A DNA stretch of 64,000 bases from Lingula anatina (Eukaryota; Animalia; Brachiopoda): the NCBI GenBank assembly GCA_051362555.1, contig CM120640.1, positions 27,552,503-27,616,502 on the forward strand. Direction: 5' to 3'. Below are positions 47,973 through 59,951 of this stretch, piece by piece. The notes under the pieces are model-generated. The model made no database searches and was not told the DNA's origin. It worked only from the letters and a program-made list of their open reading frames with translations. A program made the translations under genes and the position numbers. The stretch's first letter is position 1. Every line of letters starts with the position of its first letter.

Positions 47973-50100
47973 TCAAACTGCAGTATCTCTTTCTGATTTC
48001 TTTCTGTTAAGTACAGGAAAAGAAGTGCTTGTAGACGGCCGCGATACAAGTAAACTGTCCAATGCCGTTTCCTCCTCGACATTTCTTTCAGTGTGTGTAA
48101 TTCCATGTAGAACTGCAAGAGTAGGCAAGCTTTTGTACTGAAGTCCCGTATCACCTTCATTGGTAATTTCATCACGACAAGTGGCCACAATTTCTGTCAA
48201 TTAGAAAAAAAGAATTGCTGTGATCTTTTTTTATGCAAAAAAAGGCTATAAAAATATCAAAGCCATTATTTGGACAAAACAAACAGCCACATTCAAAATA
48301 GCAAAGGCCCGAAAGACTACCATATCACAAAGCACCTATACCAGGAGTACAAAGAAAATTTTGAAGGTAATATACTTCAGATCTAAAAGTAAGGACATTG
48401 AAACATATTCCAGGTAGTGTACTACAGTCGCAAATAGAAGAGCAGAAAGGTTAAATAAAAAATCAATACCTACAATAATCACATCACAGAAACTCATGCA
48501 GAGAAGGTCTCTGTAATGTTTTTAATCTTCATGTTGAGTTACAATATTTTAAATAGATGATCTTCAAATGTAAAAAAATCGCACGTTACAAATTTTAACT
48601 TACCCATTTCCAATGTACATAGATCAGCTGCCCTCAAGTTCTCTAAAGACAGTGGGGAATTTAGGAGATGTCTGTTCATCATGAAAAGCTTACTTGCAAT
48701 ATCTCTCCCAATCACATTCTCAAATATGGCACTGAGGAATGGCTCCTTTGATAGAGCATTTTTGATCCTGCTCTTGGACCAGCGAATGTAGCGACAGTCC
48801 TCCAAAGCCACTATAGTCACCTGAATAATAGGTATTCATATCTTCATCTACATAAGTTAGAAAATTTGTTTTCCATTACTTTTGAGATGATTAATTTGAA
48901 AGGGGTTTAATGAATTTCATTCTTGCAATAATGGTACATGTTTCCCCTTTTTCATTGTACATACTTCAACCAAATAAATACTTTTATCACTACTTACCGG
49001 TATCTACCAGTATCAGTTTCTAAATGAGCTACTGCATGCTGTAATATTAATACTGTGTAGATATATGGTTAAAATTATAAGTAACTGAGACTATGTTATT
49101 CTCCAACTAGCACAAACAGAGCACAACAAAATTTAGTCAAGTTCATACACTAGTAGAAAGTTTTTCACCCTGTGTACACATAATGAAATATAAGTAAGAG
49201 GAACATAATAGTGAATGAATTTTCATGCAACCAAGTACCTTAAAGCAATCATGCTCAGTGAAAGACACATACTCAGGAGAGTCAAGGAACTGAAATTCAC
49301 TGATTTCATGAGCAAACTTGCCTGTTATTGATACTGACATTCTGAAACAAGAAAGTGAGGAAGTATAGAGAAAAGGCATTTACTTAAGTTAACAGTGCTG
49401 ATTTTATTGCCTTCTGAATCTGGGTGGCATACCAGTATGTAATTATACAATACTATAAATAAACAATTACAATTAGTACCCAGTTTGAAAAAAAAAAGAT
49501 TTTTCTCAAATTTAAATGCCATCAAAAATGCACTTGCCTCCCAGAGATGAGGAGAGACAATCCACTAGTTTTAGTTGACCCTTCTGTGGCAAATAGTTCC
49601 CCTTTATTTACACTGAATATGCCATCATGGAGATCCACTGCTTTTTTGAAAAGATGCCTTGGAACTTTCAGGGGTTTAAATAACTGCTCATACATCAATT
49701 CAATCTCTGGTGGAAAAGAAAGTGGTCTAAGGTGATAGATAATGAGCACTGCTTGTACAAAGTTGATTATAGCTAAGAAAAAGTTCCATAGGAAAGTGTC
49801 AAAAGCACACAGCACGTCCCATCCCCAAACTGAAAAAAATATTGACGCTATGCAAAGAACAGTCCTCAAGAACAACAAGCCATATATTCCATTTGGCGCC
49901 AAGTAGGAAAGTAGAAGGCAAACGTTGGCCATTTGAAAGTACACATGATTTGGTGGCAGCCATTCACAACCCATCCAAGAAGTCGTGGAGATATTGTCAA
50001 GTAGAGATTCATTGGATACTGCCCCCATTATGACATAGCTTGATGGATCTGTTGTGTTTTCAAAGCTTATCTTCATTGTGGCGAGATTCTGCGTGGGCAT
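47973..50100 (-). CDS. BVES: Popeye domain-containing cAMP effector (BVES/POPDC family)
   Basis: Exons 50100-49538, 49341-49239, 48820-48604 and 48193-47973. N-glycosylated N-terminus, three TM helices (HVYFQMAN..LLSYLAP; WGW..CAFDTFLWN), Popeye domain with FLDSPE and FKVT motifs, and DIASKLF. Confidence 0.92.
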
Positions 50101-50830
50101 CTACAGGCTACAATTCAATAAAAGGCAGCATAATAAAAATGAGTGGTGTATTCAATTTCAATTAAAAACAAACTAAACGCTAAAATACTTGTGCTGAAAA
50201 AAGTATTGGGTAAAAAGAACAGTAGTGTCTAACTTAATTTTCAAAATAATGATCACTGCTATATATAAGTCATATTATTAAAATTAACTCATGCATTAGA
50301 TTCTATTGTTACTGTTATCATAGAAGTAGAGAACCGGTAACTAAATATAACCACGTAGTTAAAATGTCATTGGTTCACGATATTACATTAAAATGTTTTA
50401 CCCCCTGTTAGCTTTGTGCCAGTAGATTCGGATACGCAACGTTTAACAAAAGGCTTCTAATTCCTGGCTATAATGACATTTTCTTCTTGTCCGAAATAGC
50501 TCTGTTCAGTTTTTGTCGTGATAATAAAATTTTGCTGATTAGTTCTTCAAACTAAAGCATACTTTTAAACTCAAGGTAGCTGGTGACAAAGTCAATTGAT
50601 AAATAAGATTCTTAACATAAAAATAATTATTTTAAAGTGTACGTAATACAATTTCAAATATAGCTATAAACTTTGTAATTGGACATTTAATTATTACTGT
50701 CCGTTTTTGCCACGGTGAACTAATCGAAAAGATGTGCGTGAAGTGTGTTTGTTGAGATTGGGGGAACTTGGCGCGTGTGGGAATCAAAAACATTCCGTTT
50801 ACAATTGTGCTCACCGTGCGTTGGAGGTAT

Positions 50831-51885
50831 TTCAATTGTACCATGGCCCATAGGAGCCTACGCGTGCGTCTTTTAGACGCCCCTTTACATGCGAAAACGA
50901 CAAGGCCTATGCCGAGTTCGTCTTTTACTACAGAGCTTTGAGAGCCGAAAATGACATGGCTGTGTCTCTTTCGCCACTTACTGAACTCCACAGATGCGAG
51001 ATTGACACGACCCATGTCGCGTTCGTCTCTCAAATGACACTGTTATAAAACATGAAATAGGCATAACGTGTGATTTTCGCAGCTGAATAAGTAGACCCTT
51101 ATAAACGAAGTTGACGTAACTTGAGAGTCATGTCGCTTTCAACTCTTACAAACCTCCAACAAAATCTATCTCCACACAGACGCGCGCGACATGTACTATT
51201 GGACATGGGTCAGTTGAAACCCTATTAACCTAAAGGGCTCATGTTACTTTCAGCCAACTCTTATATGTCAAATCCAATTAATTTGAAACAGTGCTGTGCT
51301 GTCCCAAAACATTTTTTTCATTTGAATCCCATCATAATTTAGTGCTATCTAGATAACAGTGTGGCTAATTGCTTGTAATAATTATATGGCCTCATATTTT
51401 TATTTTCAAGGATTCAAATAAAAAGGGTTTTAAGACGGTCCTTCTGTTTCAAATTAATTGGCTGAAAGTAACATGAGCCATTTAGGTTAATGTCGCTTTC
51501 AACTGACCCATATCCAATAGTACATGTCGCGCGCGTCTGTGTGGAGATAGATTTTGTTGGAGGTTTGTAAAAGTTGAAAGCGACATGACTCTAAGGTCAC
51601 GTCAACTTCGTTTATAAGGGTCTACTTATTCAGCTGCGAAAATCACACGTAATGCCTATTTCATGTTTTATAACAGTGTCTTTTGAGAGACAAACGCGAC
51701 ATGGGTCGTGTCAATCTCGCATCTCTGGAGTTCAGTAAGTGGCGAAACAGACACAGCCATGCCATTTTCGGCTCTCAAAGCTCTGTAGTAAAAGACGAAC
51801 TCGGCATAGGCCTTGTCGTTTTCGCATGTAAAGGGGCGTCTAAAAGATGCACGCGTAGGCTCCTATGGGCCATGGTACAATTGAA
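50831..51885. repeat. Long inverted duplication (arms ~50831-51291 and ~51444-51885, ~150-bp spacer)
   Basis: The arms are highly similar reverse complements; the ORF track shows near-identical translations at 50632-51033(-) and 51683-51889(+). No flanking TSD is visible. Confidence 0.95.
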
Positions 51886-53184
51886 TTAATTTTGGTACAT
51901 TTCGCTTATTTGTTTTTTTTTTTTTTTTTTTTTTTTTTTTTGATGAAATTTATTAAAAAGAAGGATTTAAGTCACTAACGTAAATGCTTTTCACCAGTTA
52001 TAAAATTGATATGCATGCTTTACCTCTCAACTCACATCTGATTTATTCTTATTTCTGCACCTCGATCTTTAGGTGTGTTTATAATATTTTTACATCATCA
52101 AGAAAACCAAGTCAAAACACATCAAAGCCAAACAAACAACGATTTGAAGTCGTTAAAAGAACCCTAGCCAGAATCCGAATAGGCCTAACGATTATCTTGG
52201 GCGGTTTTTTTTTTTTACTCTGAAAGTTCTTTGATCCGAACATCTAGTGAAACGAGGCCTTTTAATTCCGAAAAGCTTTCTCCTAGAAGGCCATTTGCTC
52301 TTAATTTTTATCGCTGATAGAAACCTTATCTTTGAATAAGCAGCTACATATACGCCAGTAGCCATGTTTGGGTGTGACATATGAATAAGGCGTGGTCCTT
52401 CACTCCTAAATATCACCCTTGTTATAGACCTATAGAAAATAATGCAAAAGAGTTATGCACGCTTCATACTGACAAAAATGAACGAAAAAGATATGTATCA
52501 GTGGGAATCGTCTAAATGCTATTAAGGATATGTAAACGGTTTTTATATTCTCGATTTAGCATCAAACGGTCATGAACAGGCAAAAGTTTTCTTATCAAAG
52601 TGAATTCAGGTCATGTTCAGGCGACAGTTATTCCATTTTTTCTTATAAGTTGGTTAATACGAAAGCGAGCCTTAATGTAATTTTTATAAGCCCTTATTAA
52701 TCTAATCCTTTTTGCGGAATTGTCAAAATCATTATAACTTTAAAGTGGCATCCGTTCTCCCTTATATTTTATGGGATAATTTCGATAAGAACCAATTATT
52801 ATAGAGACACTGGAACTGGGACATTAACCTTGTTTTGCAATGTCAGCTAGTGAAATAGGACACTACTCGACATTTGTTATGCATGGTGGCCGTTAATATC
52901 CAATATTGTAAGTAAACACTTTTTCTCTTTATTCCTGTCGAGGATTCATAGCGTGCGCGGTGCCTCGTTTGTTAAAACGTCCATTGGGCAGTCTTCGTTG
53001 TCCTTTGACTCCCAACCGTGACGGAGACAAGCTAAGAGGGAAAACGTAGTGCATACAGTCACATGACTGATATATATTTATGAGTGAATACATATATATG
53101 TGTATTGCGCCTCTAGTGTACCGTCTGAAGTGGCACCGGGGACATAAGTACAATAATTGAAGCAAACTTAAGAAATTTACAGCG

Positions 53185-56100
53185 ATGGAGACGACCATTC
53201 CTGCACCCCACGAAGTTTACTTTGGCCCCCCTTACGGAAGCCACGAGCAGTGGCAAAACAGAGCATACAACATTGTCGAGGAACACTTAGGAAAGGAAGA
53301 TTTCGAGAGAAGATTAGCCAAACAGTTTCAGGTATTTTGTTTTTTACAAGATTTAGGTTAGGTGAGGTCTGTAACATTTTTACCGCGAATAGTACCGTGA
53401 ATTGTACTCTTGAAGCACCTGTGCTTTATTTAAGAAATATCATATATCGTATGCACTGAGGTTTGACAGGTTCATGCTGGCGGTTGATGCCATAAGTATA
53501 TGCCTTCCTCCGTGCTGAGATTATTATTTGTCATTATTCTTGTTGTCAAGCTTAACACGTGTAGTTTTTTTAAATGTAATTATGTGTTTGGCTTTGCACA
53601 CTTTTGTCGCGAGGCAGTTGGGTACGTCGTATAGTTGTCTTTTGTCACAGTGGATATGTTCACTGCAATAAGAACAGGTTTTGCTTGATGTAGGCCTACC
53701 TTTGCAACATCAATGCTTCATTTACTAGTCGACCCAGGCGACATTCAGTGCACGCAGGCATTCGATACACATATACAAATTTAACAAAAAAAATCCAGCC
53801 AAGTATAAAGAACCATTTCGAGCTTTTCATAAGATTATAAGATACACTATTACAAATAGATAACAAGATGCCGAGGTCACTGCCTCCATAGAATTCTTTC
53901 CTCTGACATTTCAAGAATTATTAGAACGTGTCCTCTAGGTCAGCTAAGCAAATTTCACCAGCTTCTGTTTGTTCATCTGCCTTGTAACCTTGACAGTCAT
54001 GGCGAGAAGATCATATATCGCATTTGCAGCAATTTCCCTTTAAACAATGATGCATAATGAACATAAAGAGATGTATTATAGTATTGAAAATATCAATTTA
54101 CTGCATATCATAAGGCCGTCTATATGCCTATTATGGAAAATCGAGTGCTGTAAATAAGAGGAGTATATAGTCTGATCAAATACAAATCGGAAATTAAACC
54201 TAAATCCACATTGCAGTAAGCAGGGCCCGCATTAGCTTTATTTGAAGTCTCGTGAATATTTCACGATGACATCAGACGATAGGCCAAAAGTTTACGTTCT
54301 ATCATGGCCATGCTGAAAATGATCAAATTTATGAACAAGAAATGTAACGTAAATGACAGATGTAGGCCCATTAGAAAGTTTTTTTTTTTTTTTAAATTAT
54401 GAAGGCCTTTACAAAGCACGTTGAAGGTCAGTGCATGTACCATGCATGCAAGTAATTTACTTTGTAATTACTTTATAAAGTAATTTGCAAAATGTACCTG
54501 CCTTTTCACTTGAAATATGTTTTAAACCCCATCTAAAACTTGCCCCCTGTGCCATAAGGTTCTGTTGTACCTATTCACTTTTTGTTTTTAATATTAACAG
54601 AAAACAAAGCACAAGTTTTCTTCTGTTTATATATTACAATATGAATAATATATATATAAATAAAATTGTAGGACGGTTACAATACTCCGACTTGGTTGAG
54701 CGGTTTGAAGTTGTCATGGAAGTCTACCAAGATCAGGAACCTTTTTGGTCTAGATTCCATAAAGGGGAACGGATCATTCACCTATCATTCTAGCGTTGGA
54801 GGAGCGGGGTTCGCTGTTTTATCCGAGGTAAAAATCTGTGTGTTATGGAACTAAAACTCATTCTTTCCAAGGAATATCGAAAACAATTTAGCAACGTTAT
54901 TTAAATTATTTCTAATGAAAAAACTAGTTTACATTTTTCTTTTTTTTTCCTTTCTACTACACAAAGAATCTCAATATACCAGAAAACGATTTCTTCAAAC
55001 CGGGAAAAGTGTTCCCCATACGCATGCGCCATGCAAATCTGTTCACAGACGACGATGCAAGTTGCGACTTTCGCTTGGCAAGTTTGAAGTTTGCTGATGA
55101 GGACGGCGGAGGGCCTCTTGATTTGATTTTCTCAACAGGTCGAATGCCTTTATTCTACAACTTGGCCGAATTAGAAAAGCTGGACGGAGCTCTAGGAAAA
55201 CAAGAGGACGGGTTTAGGAAATGGTTGTTTGAGCGTCCCATCAAGTGAGTTGATGCTAGATATCACTATACTTATCTTTTTTTCTGACGCTTTTTGGCGG
55301 TTTTTCATCACTTCGATATTATATCGTTTAGGGTAGATATATCGCCTTTCTGCTATATAGATTATCACAGAGTTATAAAAACATTTTGCTACTTCTATGA
55401 TATTTATATTTTTTGAAATAATGCGGATCATTTTGCTCGTAAATTAGCATTTTTTATTTCACTTGATTTTCCTTGTGTGTTTGTGTGTGTGTGTGTGTGT
55501 GTGTCAGACTTTGTTTCAAGTGCCCATACCGTACACTTCTCCTGTCATTTTTTTTTTCATGTGCGTTATATACTTTCGTGTACTCCGTATCTTTCGCATG
55601 CAGTTATTGGGCAGCTGTGGACGGTATGAGACGCGCACCGACTTCATATTCATCCCAGGTTTATTACAACCACTTCACCTATCACATGACGTTTTCTGAC
55701 GAAAGCACCGAATTGGTTCGGTTTCGACTGGTTCCCGCCGCGGATGTTTCAGAAAGTGGGCTTCTTAACGAACAGCAGCAAAAGCAAGCTTGGTAAGGTC
55801 GAATATTTCGATATTTAATCTATCGGCTTCACTCTTGTTAAAAATGTGAAATGTTATTATTTCAAACCATGTCCACCTACCTAAAACACCATAGGCTACA
55901 ATGACCCGTTCATCATTTCACAAATTTGAATTTATCTTGAAATAAGAACATGGAATTATAATAAAAGACTAATGATTTTGTTGGTTGATGTATCTTCTAA
56001 TTTGACGTTATCAAAATCATATTTTCAGCAAGCGTGATAAAAAAATCTTTAACCCCGAAGCCAAATCGATGATTTTAAAACCACTTTTCACCATTTCGAA

Positions 56101-59100
56101 ACAAATAAAAATTGCTTTTCATAATTCCCATGATTCATTTTATTGAACATTGTATATTCAGGGTCAGAGAAAGACATTCAGATATTGGTAATCGTGAGAG
56201 CTACCTGAGTGAGGAATACGAGTCTCAGGTTGAGAAGCACGGTGCTGTGAGGTGGATTCTACAGGTAGTGGTCTAAACTTTTAATTCACAAACTAAGGAG
56301 AAGGCCCACAACTTGACATTCTGAAACATTCTGTATTATATGCAAAGATTTCGGCTCAGCTGATAATTACCTTGTACGTGCAACTGAAAGAAAATGAATG
56401 TGGCAAAATTTGCATAATGAAGCTGTTCAGTAGTTGGCTGTTCAGTTATAATATTGCTCAAGTAAAGTGATAACTGCATGTGATCTGCCTTTCAATTAAG
56501 AAGATTTAAGGTATACACTTATCTACTTGTAAGCAATGATTTAAGCTGGCCGTCATTCAGTCACCCACAACTCTCAATATGTGTACAGGTACAGCTACAT
56601 GATGTGACCGAGCTTTCCGGCTACAACCCATGTGAGCTATGGGACCCCGTAACCCATCCATGGCGCAATGTGGCGGACGTCTTTGTAACAGGAATTCTCC
56701 CTGCTCAATTCACCGACAAGATGGACTTCAACATAGACAACAGGCCCGATATCCTCTCATTTCCTGAGGCGAAATCTGTTTTTGATTTCAAGTCCGCCAA
56801 CAAAGCACTTCAAATTATGTATGAATGTCACCAGACACGGATGCAGCGTCGACAAGTTCTTCAAGACCCTGAGGAGAAAGTTTCCTCTTACGTTATCACG
56901 TTGGAGTCGGGACAACAGAGCCGTTCCGGTACCCTTTCGTCAGTACAGGTAACACTGCAAGGTACGTATGGTATAAAGACACCCTTTGCGCCATTGTAAA
57001 TATATCATCTCAGGCATATTGCAGGGCCGAGTCGAATCGGTACGCCAAGTTTTTTAAAGCGGTGCCCAGCCCGTAGTTGCTTACAAAAAGCTTCCCTTTC
57101 CAGGTAAAACCAGACGCACAGGCCGACACACACTCAGCAACGTTTACCTGACGTCAGGACTTCATGTGCACCTTGTCAAAGACCGGTCGATAGGCAACTT
57201 GATTGCAATACAAGTTGACATCCGTCATCGGTTGTCCAGTGATTGGTACCTCAACCGACTTTTAGTGACTTGCTTGGAAAGGAACGAAACTTACGTTTTT
57301 CCTTGCTTTGCTTGGTTCACTGACGATAACAAAACCATGGTTCTAAGACCAGATCCGGCAGGTAAGGTATATCTTTTAAGAATACACTAATATCACGTAG
57401 AAAGATACACACACACACACACTGACAGTATACAAGTACTCTTCATCAAGATGCGATAAAGAACCATGTGGCCCCTGAACCATTGGCAACCATTGAATTT
57501 CATTTTGGGTTAATATTGGTGTTTTCATGAAATTTTCTCTTTTTTAGTGTCTCTGCCTCAGATGGAACAATACACCAAGCTTGCGGTAGTGCGCAAGTGG
57601 GAGCTTCAGAAGAAGAAAGAGCAGTATCGCTGGGCAGATTCAAAGACCGTGGTCAAAACTCAGGTGGGAAATCTAATGTCAATATTGCATGACTTCTAAA
57701 TGTATTAGTTGGAAGAAACATATTTTTTAATTGTTGTTATTATTCTCATGACAACTACGTTACCTTTGCCAGTTTTTTCGTGGGAAAGAAGGAAGAAGCT
57801 GCAAAGAATACGAATGTGTTCTTTGCGGTAAAGAAAAGCGACATTTATCCTATTGGAAATGGTGGAGGGATATATGAATGACATAAAAAGTTTACTTTAA
57901 TCAAGTTTATGTCGCTCAGGTTGAAGGGCACAATGAAGACAACCTCCCAGGGCGGATCGCTGTGAAAGAAATGAAACATCTACCTAGAGATGCCCAAATA
58001 CCTGAGGAACGCATAAAACACTTCTGGCACAACCTGAACGCTGGGTTCCTCAACCTCCAACTGGGGCGCCTGGCATCTCTGATTAGTGAATGGAAGCACA
58101 CTGACGACTTTAAAACCATGGTGAATAGGCTTTTGGAGAAGACCGATACCATGGACTATGTTATGGAGCATTGGACTGAAGATAAAGAATTTGGGCGGCA
58201 GATGTTGGATGGAACGTATCCAACCCTCATTCGTCGGTTGGCAAGTCTTCCACCTAACTTCGTTGTGCCAGATGACGCTCTTGTTGGTGTACTTGATAGG
58301 GGACGCACTTTGGGAGAAGAAATCCAGGTGAAATGTTAATTGGGTCACGATTGTACTTATCACATACACAGTTGATGTTTCGTTTAAGAAAGAAAGTTAA
58401 AACTGAGATGTCAGTATGTTTACAAAATACTAAAACTCAAAGCAATACTCGTTTCTATAAGTTTTCAAACTTACACAATTTATATTTCATCCAGGAAGGG
58501 ACTATCTTCATGGTGGAGTATCCAGACCTGCAAACAGTGCTGCGTTATCCAGACCGTTACGTAGCAGAAGCCACCTGCCTCCTGTACGTACGCTCTGACG
58601 GAGCTTTGGTTCCAATCGCAATACGTCTTATACAGTCCTCCGACAGCCATGAGCAGATTTGGACCCCTAACGACAGCCCGATGGACTGGCTGTGTGCCAA
58701 AATTTGGGTGAAGTGCGCCCACTACCAGTACCATCAAATTGTTGGCAGGATGATGTGCAGGTTAATGTTGGAACCAATTGCGGTGGCACTGAACCGTTGC
58801 TTGTCTGTGGCTCACCCCGTGTATCAGCTACTGCAGTCCCATCTTAAGACCGCCATTGGAATCAATGTGATGGATCGCCAGGTCTTTGGAGCGGGGTACA
58901 ATGAATTTCTAGCAATTGCTGCCGGGGGACACATCGCCCTGTTGAAGAAAACCTACAAGAAATTCACCTTCAAGATTTTGAACCTGCCGCTGGATCTGGA
59001 GACCCGTGGTGTTGACGACCCAGCAGCTCTACCCAATTATCACTACCGCGACGATGCCTTGGCCCTCTGGCAGGTAATCCGGCAGTTTGTAGAAAAGATG

Positions 59101-59951
59101 ATCTCACTTTTCTACCACTGCGACTCAGACGTCGCTGGGGATGAAGAAATCCAAGCTTGGATCGACGAATGCCATTCTAAGGGATTCCTCAACTGGGAAG
59201 AGAACATCGACCACGGGTTTCCAGACAAGATCAGTAGCTTGGAAGGGTTATCTGAGATACTGACCAGTGTGATCTTTACGGCAACTGGTCAGTACGCAGC
59301 TCTCAATTATTCACAGTATGATTACAATACGTTTGCTCCCAATATGCCTTCCACAATGAACAGACCACCACCTAAAGAAAAGGGTGTCGTCACCATGAAG
59401 TCGATCGTAGAAATGTTGCCAACCAGACGACAGACCGCGTTCTCCATTGCTGTTGCGTACGCGATGTCTCGGCACGAAGGGGGCGAAGTGAGTGTCAATC
59501 GTCTACTGGTACCAATTCGTGTGATCGTTTATAATAAAACGAAAGTAGCTGTTTTTAACGGTGTAGATATTGCATGACGATGGCTAATCATAAATTGATA
59601 AGACTCAAAATTACGTTTTATTAGCTCAATGTTGACGAAAACATAAATGAAGATTCCTTCACGTCCAGACTTATTACCTTTTACACGTAATTGGCCTTAT
59701 TCCCCATATTTTTAAACAACAGTTACAATTTTTGTGTTTATGATTGTTTTTTTTTCTTCTTAAAATACTAGGTGCTGCTTGGGAATTATCCAGAGTACAG
59801 TTTCACCGAGCCTGGGCCGAGAAAGGCAGTGGACAATTTCCAGGGGGATTTGAAGAAGTTATCCAGTGCTATTCATGTACGCAACAGAAAACTTGCGGTT
59901 CCGTATCGCACTCTCTTGCCTGAGAAAATCCCCCATTTCATTGCCATATGA
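53185..59951 (+). CDS. Allene oxide synthase-lipoxygenase fusion homologue (catalase-like AOS + PLAT + LOX, 1066 aa) with catalytic residues substituted
   Basis: 11 exons: 53185-53331, 54672-54827, 54967-55244, 55604-55792, 56162-56264, 56589-56961, 57104-57361, 57548-57663, 57920-58327, 58495-59487 and 59772-59951 (3201 nt, no stops). AOS motifs: FPIRMRHANL, SLKFAD..GPLD, MRRAP and LWD..THPW. PLAT motifs: DWYL and FPCFAW. LOX motifs: W.EDKEFGRQ.L.G, PIAI.L, WLCAK.WV, LPNYHYRDDAL, and C-terminal IAI. Confidence 0.93.

Noticed and set aside
50632-51889. Twin ORFs MRDERDMGRVNLAS... on opposite strands as a duplicated small gene
   Set aside because: They start at non-ATG codons, resemble no family I recognise and are simply the two arms of the inverted repeat.
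54485-54793. ORF-track frame ending ...KGERIIHLSF*, which mimics a catalase R..H motif and suggests a frameshifted pseudogene
   Set aside because: The other frame (54672-54827) is open, fits both splice phases and aligns along its whole length (GLKL..K..K...LF.L...KG....T....GG.G), so no frameshift is needed.
58333-58494. N-terminal part of the 414-aa ORF as coding sequence
   Set aside because: It is an in-frame open intron (GT at 58328, AG at 58493-58494). LOX homology resumes at 58495.
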